A stretch of DNA of 64,000 nucleotides from contig DATKNL010000010.1 of assembly GCA_035541435.1 (NCBI GenBank), positions 30,250-94,249 of the forward strand, written 5' to 3'. The notes under the pieces are model-generated. The model was given only the letters and a program-made list of their open reading frames with translations. It did no database searches and had not been told where the DNA came from. Each line of letters begins with the position of its first letter. Position 1 is the stretch's first letter. Below are positions 53,231 to 60,935 of this stretch, piece after piece. Source of the DNA: Minisyncoccota bacterium. GTDB taxonomy: Bacteria > Patescibacteriota > Minisyncoccia > UBA6257 > 2-01-FULL-56-20. The position numbers were made by a program, and so were the translations under genes.

Positions 53231-53815
53231 TCAGCGGTAATCGACGCGCCGCGCCGCCGCACGGTCCCCCGTCGGACGGGTGAAAATGTGATAGCGCTCG
53301 TTCATTTTGCGCTCAAGGAACTGCCGGTCCGAGGTCTTCTTGGTCGCCTCGCCCGTCTGGACGCTTTGCAGCTTCTTATGAAGCGACGATCCGGCGATGA
53401 TATCGGCGATCTGGTCCAGTGAGATGCCCTTTTCCTTTTTCTCGGCGACTACCGGCGCCGGCGTTGCTTTGGGCGGGAGGACGGCCCGCGAAGATGACGG
53501 CGGTGCGGATTTTTTCTGCGGAAGCGAAACCGTCGGATGCTCGGGCTGCCAGACGTAGGTCTGGGGCTTCCAATAATAGCTCACGGCGGCAAGCACGACC
53601 TGCGGCAGCGGCCGGCCCTCGATCTTCACGAACGAAAGCGCGAGCGACGACCCGATGAGGACGACTGCGGCGATGATGAAAAGCCAGAACGAAACGAAGA
53701 AATAAAAGAAGGCGCTTATGAAGCACGCGACGCCCACGAAGGCGAATTGGCGCAACGAGAGCGGACCTATGACTTTGTCGTCGGTCTCGATGAATTGCGG
53801 GACCTGAAACTGCAT
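53231..53815 (-). CDS. PrgI/VirB3-like small membrane protein
   Basis: MQFQVPQFIETDDKVIGPLSLRQFAFVGVACFISAFFYFFVSFWLFIIAAVVLIGSSL: N-terminal motif plus a TM hairpin as in PrgI-family proteins. Position immediately upstream of VirB4. Confidence 0.5.
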   Translation of the reverse strand: MQFQVPQFIETDDKVIGPLSLRQFAFVGVACFISAFFYFFVSFWLFIIAAVVLIGSSLALSFVKIEGRPLPQVVLAAVSYYWKPQTYVWQPEHPTVSLPQKKSAPPSSSRAVLPPKATPAPVVAEKKEKGISLDQIADIIAGSSLHKKLQSVQTGEATKKTSDRQFLERKMNERYHIFTRPTGDRAAARRVDYR

Positions 53816-53818
53816 CCC

Positions 53819-55612
53819 TTAAGTATAGTCCTTCCGGATCGGCTTTGAAGGGCCGGCGGCCGGATTGGTCAGCTTCGGTTGGGGCGTCGGAGGGGCCGGC
53901 GGCTTCGGTGTCGCGGTCGGCGCCGCGGGCGCAACCGGTGTCGCAGGTGCGACGGGTGTTGGCATTGCGGCCGTCGCGGGCGCGTGCGGTGGTGTGGCAG
54001 GTGCCACGGGCGCCGTGGGTGCGACGGGTGCGGTCGGTGCCGCACTCGTCATTTTCGCAGCACCTGGCATGACAGTCGGCTTCGGCGGCATGGGTGGCAG
54101 CGGGGGGAGGGGCGAGACGGGCGTAGCTGGCGGCGTAAAGGTGGGCGCAGGTGCGGTCGTCGCCTTAGGCGACGTCGATTGCGGCGGCGTGGGACCCGAA
54201 GGTTGCGATGCCGGCGGCGGCGTGGGGCCTGCGGGACGTTCGGTGACTCCGATCGTGGCGACGGGCACCTTCGGCGCGTTCGACGTCGAGGCGGCCGAAG
54301 GCACGCCAGATGTCCCCGGCTTTGCCGTCGTCATTTCGGTAACCGTCCGCTCGCCCGGCATGGGCGGCGTCTCTTTGAAATTGCTGTAATGCGGCAGCTT
54401 GGTCGTGCCGGAAGCCGGCTTCGCGGATGCGCCCGCAAGCGATCCGAGTTCGAGGACGGCCGCCTTCACGACATCCTTCGGCTTGATTTCTTCGAGCGAG
54501 ATTTCCGCGCCGCCGCCCGGACGCGCAAGATGGAAATCGTTCTTCGCGCCGATCGACGAGAATTCCGCATCGTGATGCAGCATGACGGGAGGCGGTGCGG
54601 CTGCAGCCGGCTGAGCGTCCGATGGCGATGATGACGACGGGTGCGCGTCCGATGACGAGGTCATCTTCGACCAGCCAGGCTGCGAGAAGGGTGACGCTTT
54701 CGGCGCCGCGGGAGCCGGCATCGCGGCCTGCGGTGCGCCCTTTGCGGTCGACGACAGCGCCGCTGCCGCCTCGGAAATCGATGCGGGCTTTGCCGGCGGG
54801 GTCGCAGGCGATGCCGGCGTCGACGGCTTGGATGATGACGTCGACATGAGCGACGATGCCGTTACGAACGAAGGCTTCGTTCCCGTCGACGGCGAAGGGC
54901 TTGCGGCTGGCTGTCCGCCGCTTCCCGCGATGGATGAGAGCACGGCAGAGACCGGTTTTGCGGCAGGTCCCGCGGCAACGGCATGTTGATTGCCCTGCTG
55001 CATTCCCTGCGGCTGTCCCGCCCCACCGCTACTGCCTCCCTGAGGTTTCGGCGGCATCGCGGGCGATCCGCTGATCTGACTGAGCACGGTTTTGCCGGCA
55101 TCAAGGGTCGCGGTGGTCACGGTGACGGACGGTTTGGGTGCGGGCGTGGTCGCGGGCGCCGCCTTGCCCGGGATAAGCGACGCGGTCTGCGTCGACATGG
55201 GGACGGCGTCGTGGACGATGTCGTTCATCATGCGGGGTGCCGGATGCGCGCCATTCCCTGCAAGAGGACTCGCGACCGGTACGGCGCCGGCCGGATTGTA
55301 GATCTTGTCGATCTCCTGTCGGATCGGAGCGAACAATCTTTCGTTCAGGGCGTTTTGAATATCGCCCGACGTCTTCGCGTCGAGCGCGATTTGTGTGACA
55401 AGTTCTGCTGCGAGGTCTTCGGGGTGAAGGAATCCCATCAGGACCCATCCGACAAGCTTGGCGACTACATAAATTTTTTCTTCGGGAACGTTTTCTCGCT
55501 GGCAGGTCTTCCAAACGAAATCAGAACCGGCTTCCGAGACGAGGGCTTCTCGCAGGACATCGGGGAGGGCGTCCCACCGCTCCAGGGCTTGGTTTGTGCT
55601 GATTGTCGTCAT
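53819..55612 (-). CDS. Protein with ~130-aa N-terminal globular domain and ~460-aa Pro/Ala/Thr/Ser-rich disordered region (T4SS-like operon)
   Basis: No signal peptide or TM. Repeats such as APTAPVAPTAPVAPATP. The DNA carries imperfect GGTGCGACGGGTG-type repeats around 53900-54050. Confidence 0.5.
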   Translation of the reverse strand: MTTISTNQALERWDALPDVLREALVSEAGSDFVWKTCQRENVPEEKIYVVAKLVGWVLMGFLHPEDLAAELVTQIALDAKTSGDIQNALNERLFAPIRQEIDKIYNPAGAVPVASPLAGNGAHPAPRMMNDIVHDAVPMSTQTASLIPGKAAPATTPAPKPSVTVTTATLDAGKTVLSQISGSPAMPPKPQGGSSGGAGQPQGMQQGNQHAVAAGPAAKPVSAVLSSIAGSGGQPAASPSPSTGTKPSFVTASSLMSTSSSKPSTPASPATPPAKPASISEAAAALSSTAKGAPQAAMPAPAAPKASPFSQPGWSKMTSSSDAHPSSSSPSDAQPAAAAPPPVMLHHDAEFSSIGAKNDFHLARPGGGAEISLEEIKPKDVVKAAVLELGSLAGASAKPASGTTKLPHYSNFKETPPMPGERTVTEMTTAKPGTSGVPSAASTSNAPKVPVATIGVTERPAGPTPPPASQPSGPTPPQSTSPKATTAPAPTFTPPATPVSPLPPLPPMPPKPTVMPGAAKMTSAAPTAPVAPTAPVAPATPPHAPATAAMPTPVAPATPVAPAAPTATPKPPAPPTPQPKLTNPAAGPSKPIRKDYT

Positions 55613-55615
55613 GAT

Positions 55616-57928
55616 CTATGAGTGAGCGCCACCTTCGACGGCAGAGGCGGGAGGCGCAGATGTTGTACCCGTTCCGGGATCCTGAAGGACAGCGTTGTAG
55701 TCGAAGGCCTGTTTCCTGGCGCGGCGTGCCGTTTCGAGATTCTCCTCTTCCCGGGTCATCGTTTGCCTGAGCGCATCCTGCTCCTTCTTGAGAATTTCGA
55801 TCTGAGCTTTCCCGGCGTCGATCTGGGTTTGGATGGCCTTCTTGTCGGCCTCGCTTTCGGTTTGGGCAATTTGCTTGGTGAGTCTTTCGATCTGATTTTC
55901 CTGTTCCTTGATAGCCTGGGCCTTTTCCGCGCTCTTAACGAAGAACGCCCGTTGAGACATTTCCGTTTGGATGACGTCGTCATAGACTCGGTTAAACGTC
56001 TGAAGCTGAGCCCCCTTCAGTTTAGAGATGGCGCTTGCGGGAAGATGAGGTTGGCGCAGGGCCATGTTTTTAAGCAACGACCGAGTTTTGAAGTCGTCCT
56101 TCCCGAAAACGTCATTGACGTTTGCCTTAGCGATGTCGCTCTTCAACAGCTTGTCGACGAATTTGCCCGATTCCTCGTCGATCTTGGGCTGCGCCTTGGT
56201 GCGAACATTCTCGAATTCACGAATTGCCGCCTCGATAGCTTGGGCATTTCCTGATTTCTTGGCGTTGGAAACCTTGGCTTCTGCTTCGATAACGGGCTGC
56301 ATGGCTGCGCGCATCTCGGCGTTGTTACCGATGGCCTTGTCGGCCTCTTCCTGGTCGTGCTTCCATCCATATCGCTCGATGGCTGGCCGGTTGGCATCCA
56401 TCCATGCGCCAACTGTCTGGTTGCGTACCATGGTGTCCGGCGCGAGCTTACCCTTTTCGCGAAGTTTCGAGATGTGCGCCAGGGTTTCCTCCATGCTCAT
56501 CCTCCCCTTCAGGGCCTCCTTGATCGATTCGGGGTTGTCAGAGACATGTTTTTTTGCCTCTTCGACCATCTTGCTGTTCGTGATATAAGGTTCCATGGCG
56601 CGGCCTGCCTTGTTGGCTACGGTGCCGATCAGAGGAATCTTGGCGAGCGTCTGGTTTGATTTGAGCCCTTTCGATAATTTGTCTGCTGCCGGTTTCCCGA
56701 TCCGGACAGCCGCTTTTTTGGTCTGCTTCGCGGCGAATCCCTTCACCTGGCCGCCGGCCCATTTCGCGCCGCTCACGACCGCTTCGGATCCTCCGAGCGA
56801 GAGGGCCTGCGCGGCAAAGAGGCCGCCGAGCGCGAGGCCGACGAGCACGATGTCGTTGAGGGCCTGCTGCGTCCATCCGCCATGCGCGGTGCTTGCGGCG
56901 CTTGCAGCATAGGGGTTGTTCGGGTTTTGCACGGCAGCCGCATCGATGTTCGCAGCCGGAACGGTCGGTGATCCGTTGAGCGCGACCGCCGAAAGCATGG
57001 CGACATACAGGAAGAACGTCACGAGCGCGGGAAAAAGCGCCCATTTGATGAACAGCCCCCACCACTTCGCGAAATAATCGAACTTCGGGAAGATCCATGT
57101 GAGCCAGGCAAGTGGCAATACGATGAGAAGGAATACGAGATAGACATAGCGAACGACGAGCATGATGCCGACGATGAGCAGGGTGAAGACGACGATGCCC
57201 AGAAAGATCGTCGAAAAGAAACCGGCGGTGACGGCCTGCATGAACGTCGTCGCCCCCGAAGAGTCGTTGCCTTTCGTCATATTGGCGGCAGCATTGCATA
57301 CGAGCGCCGTTTCAGGATCCAGATCGCAGTCATTCGAAGCCTGCTGGGTGTTGCCGGCCGTCTGGGCGGGAACAATGTCCGGAGGAGCCTGGAATTTCGA
57401 TACTCCGAAGTCGGTGGCCATAAGCGTTGCAACGTTATTGTCCCCTCCCATGGCACCAACGAAATAATTCGAAAGATTATCGGCCAAGCCGACGATCGGT
57501 CCCGTTATGACAAGCCCGAAATTGACAAGGATCGCCATGAGGACGAGCTTCCACAGGGATTGCTTGATGCCATAGCTTTCGCTGCGCAGGATGGTCGCGA
57601 TCGCTATGATGATGATCCCAAGGACGAATCCGAGGTTCGCGATGGCGAGTGCTATCGAAAACCCCTGTTGGACCGTGGCGGAGTTGAACGCGCTTTCGTC
57701 AAGGTGAATGCCGAGGTTGATGATCTGCGCACTCAGGTCGACAAGCAGAAAGAGGAAGCTGTTGATGGCGGTGCTTATGAAAAGCACGGCGCTCGTAACC
57801 GGACTGGTGTACCAGTTGACCATGCTCGGGTTCGAACTTGCCGCCCATGTTCCGCGCGGAAGGGCGATCATCGTTCCCGTCAGGGCGGTCAGGATCAGGC
57901 CGGCTTTCTTGGTGAAAAACTTCTTCAT
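55616..57928 (-). CDS. VirB6/TrbL-like polytopic T4SS membrane protein with long C-terminal coiled-coil region
   Basis: Signal peptide plus at least 6 TMs (FLFLLVDLSAQIINLGI, GFVLGIIIIAIATIL, LVLMAILVNFGLVITGPIVGL, FFSTIFLGIVVFTLLIVGIMLVV, VFLLIVLPLAWLTWIFP, WALFPALVTFFLYVAMLSAVAL). A ~380-aa hydrophilic Lys/Glu/Gln-rich tail follows. Confidence 0.6.
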   Translation of the reverse strand: MKKFFTKKAGLILTALTGTMIALPRGTWAASSNPSMVNWYTSPVTSAVLFISTAINSFLFLLVDLSAQIINLGIHLDESAFNSATVQQGFSIALAIANLGFVLGIIIIAIATILRSESYGIKQSLWKLVLMAILVNFGLVITGPIVGLADNLSNYFVGAMGGDNNVATLMATDFGVSKFQAPPDIVPAQTAGNTQQASNDCDLDPETALVCNAAANMTKGNDSSGATTFMQAVTAGFFSTIFLGIVVFTLLIVGIMLVVRYVYLVFLLIVLPLAWLTWIFPKFDYFAKWWGLFIKWALFPALVTFFLYVAMLSAVALNGSPTVPAANIDAAAVQNPNNPYAASAASTAHGGWTQQALNDIVLVGLALGGLFAAQALSLGGSEAVVSGAKWAGGQVKGFAAKQTKKAAVRIGKPAADKLSKGLKSNQTLAKIPLIGTVANKAGRAMEPYITNSKMVEEAKKHVSDNPESIKEALKGRMSMEETLAHISKLREKGKLAPDTMVRNQTVGAWMDANRPAIERYGWKHDQEEADKAIGNNAEMRAAMQPVIEAEAKVSNAKKSGNAQAIEAAIREFENVRTKAQPKIDEESGKFVDKLLKSDIAKANVNDVFGKDDFKTRSLLKNMALRQPHLPASAISKLKGAQLQTFNRVYDDVIQTEMSQRAFFVKSAEKAQAIKEQENQIERLTKQIAQTESEADKKAIQTQIDAGKAQIEILKKEQDALRQTMTREEENLETARRARKQAFDYNAVLQDPGTGTTSAPPASAVEGGAHS

Positions 57929-57929
57929 C

Positions 57930-60065
57930 TCATTGCGTGACGATCACAGTGCAGGTTGCCGGCGTGTCACCTGTCGTGTCGCTCAGGGTCACCGTATAGG
58001 TTCCCGGTGCGACGAATGCGTGACTGAAGACGTAGCCGGTGGCCGTCGATCCGTCAGAAGACGCCCACGAATAATTGACCGTGCCGTTCGCGCCGGACTT
58101 CCCGCCGTTCGCCGATACGAAGATCGAAACGGAGCTCGAGGTGTTTTGCGCGGTCGGATTGCACGAGAGAGGAATGACGGGCGCCGTCGCTCCCCCGCTT
58201 TGGATCGACGAGGGGTTCGTTCCCGAGAGGCCGCTGTTGATCGCCTGAGTCGCGGTGTTTACCGCGAGGCTCGAGAGGCTGTTGAGCAGCGAGTCGGTGA
58301 GGGCGTTCAGCAGGCCGGCGATGTCATCGGCCGACGTGATGAGCTTGATCGGCGAATCGAGGATCGAGCTCAGGCTGTATCCGGTTGTGATGCCCGGGGT
58401 CGTGGTCTTCGGTTCCGACCCGTCGGCGCAGCTTCCGCCGTTCGAGACATAGACAGGGGTGTCGCCGGCATTGCACGATCCGCCGTTCGGATAGGCGTTC
58501 GCTCCCGACGGCGTTCGGCATTCGAGATGATAGCCGCTTTTCGGATCGCTCCCGTCCGCGCAGACGCCGTCACCCGTAAATCCCTGCGATGACGTGAGCT
58601 GCGTCGTTGCGGCGAGCTGCGCGTTCCGCGCATTCTGATCGGCGATCTGCGCCTGAAAATAAAGGCTTTGATAATAGTTGTTGACAGGAAGGGCGTTCAC
58701 GCCGAACGCGAGCCATCCGCCGTTCGAGAAATTCTGATAGAACTGGCTGAGCGAATAGCCGCCAAGCGCCGCAGTGAACGTCCCCGCGCAATAGTTGTTG
58801 CCCGCGTTCACGTTATAGAACGTGCTCAGCGTGACCTGGATCTGCGGAAGGATTGATGGATTCACGCAGGCGAAGTTGCTGTTCAGATAGTTGAGCGCCC
58901 CCTGGGTATAGGACTGCACGAGCGCAACGCCCCACTGCTGAACGAACCGCGGCGCGCCGCTGCCTTGGATCCATTTGAGCACGTGCTGTTGGACGAGGGC
59001 GGTGAGGGCGTTTTTAAGAATCTGCAAAATGATGTCGTTCACATGCTGCAAGACGATCTCCGCGAATACGCTGGGGTCGAACGTGATGTCGCCGAGTCCG
59101 AAGATCGCGTGCGCCGTGTGGATGCCGAGGATGTTGTCGACGAAGGAAATCGAAGCCGATACGTCCTCGTTCGAATTCTTGCCGAAGTACAATCCGACCT
59201 GGCTCGCCTTCTGCATCTGAAGCTGCAGGTTCTGGAGCGCCGCCTGATATTTCGCCTGCTCCTCTTTGAAGATGATGCCCGTCTTCACCGGGTCGGCATT
59301 CGCGCCTTCCGCGAGCTGAAGGGAATTCTTTTCATACACGAGCATCATTACGAGGCTCTTATGGAAATCGGCAAGCTGGCTCGGAACGCGCAACGCGAGA
59401 ACGTCGCCGAGCGATCCTTGAATCTGCGTATTGATCGCCGCCATCTGGCCCGGATCGGTTCCGAGCGAATCGACGGCCTCGCTGAGGTTCGTCGAAACGA
59501 AATGCTTGGTGAGGACGTCGTTCAGCGCCTTCCCGTATTGCGCGATGTCATCGCCGCTTGACGAGGTGGCGATCCTGATCGGCTGCATGTTCGCCTCAAG
59601 GGTCCAGTCGGGAATCTGCAGGCCCGCCGTCGCCGTCGCGTTCGCCACCTGCATGGCGATGGCGTTGATGTCCGGTTGGGCGAGGTTCGGATTCCCGTTC
59701 GCGTCAGGCGTCGCGCCGTTCGGATTCGCCGATATCACGCCGTCCAGATAGGTTTCGGCGAGCGCATTCGTGAGATTGCTGTCATCCGAAAGAGAAATGC
59801 TCGTGGTGGGAACGTCGTCCGAAATCACCTCGACGCCGTTTGCCACTGCGACGGCGGGAAGGAACGCGTTCTGATTCTGCAGGGGCGTCTGGGTGGGCGA
59901 CTGTGACTCTTGTGATCCGGCTTGTCCATTTGCGGCCAGCGTGCCGGATGAGTCTGTTCCGGCGACCGACCCCGAGCCCCCGATATTCATCACAAGGACT
60001 GCCGATACGCTCGCAGCGGCAGCCAAAATCAAGAAACCGGTGATCAATTTCTTGACATCGATCAT
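57930..60065 (-). CDS. Large secreted/surface protein, first gene of the T4SS-like operon
   Basis: 711 aa, signal/anchor ITGFLILAAAASVSAVLVM. Gln/Asn/Ser/Thr-rich. Cys-containing region (CADGSDPKSGYHLECRTPSGANAYPNGGSCNAGDTPVYVSNGGSCADGSEPK). C-terminal beta-rich domain. Confidence 0.5.
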   Translation of the reverse strand: MIDVKKLITGFLILAAAASVSAVLVMNIGGSGSVAGTDSSGTLAANGQAGSQESQSPTQTPLQNQNAFLPAVAVANGVEVISDDVPTTSISLSDDSNLTNALAETYLDGVISANPNGATPDANGNPNLAQPDINAIAMQVANATATAGLQIPDWTLEANMQPIRIATSSSGDDIAQYGKALNDVLTKHFVSTNLSEAVDSLGTDPGQMAAINTQIQGSLGDVLALRVPSQLADFHKSLVMMLVYEKNSLQLAEGANADPVKTGIIFKEEQAKYQAALQNLQLQMQKASQVGLYFGKNSNEDVSASISFVDNILGIHTAHAIFGLGDITFDPSVFAEIVLQHVNDIILQILKNALTALVQQHVLKWIQGSGAPRFVQQWGVALVQSYTQGALNYLNSNFACVNPSILPQIQVTLSTFYNVNAGNNYCAGTFTAALGGYSLSQFYQNFSNGGWLAFGVNALPVNNYYQSLYFQAQIADQNARNAQLAATTQLTSSQGFTGDGVCADGSDPKSGYHLECRTPSGANAYPNGGSCNAGDTPVYVSNGGSCADGSEPKTTTPGITTGYSLSSILDSPIKLITSADDIAGLLNALTDSLLNSLSSLAVNTATQAINSGLSGTNPSSIQSGGATAPVIPLSCNPTAQNTSSSVSIFVSANGGKSGANGTVNYSWASSDGSTATGYVFSHAFVAPGTYTVTLSDTTGDTPATCTVIVTQ

Positions 60066-60163
60066 TTACCTCTATTATAGCTCTGACTTCCTCTTCTGTA
60101 TTAGGGCTTTATCCACACAAAACGCTTATTTTTCCGATCATTCCGAATGTCCGGGCGCTGAAA

Positions 60164-60934
60164 TCAGAAAAAAAGTTTTGCGATCGTGGCAACGTTGTCG
60201 ATTGCAAGGTCCTGCGGCCGCTCCGAGGCGTTGATTCCTGCTTGGGCGAGCGTTTTTTCGATAAATTCGCGCGATTTGTCGGCGTGAGCCGCCACGTTGT
60301 TGAGAATCGTCTTGCGCGGTTGCGAGAAAACGGCCCTGACGGCGGAATAATACCGATCCTGACCGACGTCGCCATCGTTTTCCCTGAGCGCGAGAAGGAC
60401 AACGGCCGAATCAACCTCGGGCGGCGGCGAAAAATCGCCTTTCGGAACCCGTGCGATGATCGTCGCATCGGCCCAGAACTGCACGCTTGCCGCGAGCCGA
60501 TTCATGTGCGGAGGCTTGGCCGAGAGGCGTTCGGCGACCTCGTCCTGCACCATGAGGATGGTCCGTTCCGGCTTGTGCGGAAGCTCGCTCACGAGGCGCA
60601 GGAGCTTCCCGGTGATGTAATAAGGGATGTTGCCGACGAGCTTCCATGAGGCCCCGCCCATTTCGCTGACGGCAGAAGGAAGAAGCCTGAGGGCGTCGCC
60701 TTCCTTGACGGTCACCGCGGGGAGGTCGCGTACGAGTGCGGCGGCAAGCCGCGCGTCCTTTTCGAGGACCGTGATATTCGCCGCACCCGCCGATGCTTTG
60801 ACGATGCGGCGCGTGAGCTCGCCGTGTCCCGATCCGATTTCGATCACGGCATCCCCCGCTCCGACGCCAAGCGCGGACGCGATCTTGTCCGCGACCGCGG
60901 CGTTGCGAAGGAAGTGTTGGCCAAGTCGTTTCAT
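60164..60934 (-). CDS. rsmA: 16S rRNA (adenine1518/1519-N6)-dimethyltransferase RsmA/KsgA
   Basis: Start at ATG 60934 (MKRLGQHFLRN). SAM motif VIEIGSGHGELT; NIPYYIT. Confidence 0.85.
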   Translation of the reverse strand: MKRLGQHFLRNAAVADKIASALGVGAGDAVIEIGSGHGELTRRIVKASAGAANITVLEKDARLAAALVRDLPAVTVKEGDALRLLPSAVSEMGGASWKLVGNIPYYITGKLLRLVSELPHKPERTILMVQDEVAERLSAKPPHMNRLAASVQFWADATIIARVPKGDFSPPPEVDSAVVLLALRENDGDVGQDRYYSAVRAVFSQPRKTILNNVAAHADKSREFIEKTLAQAGINASERPQDLAIDNVATIAKLFF

Positions 60935-60935
60935 A

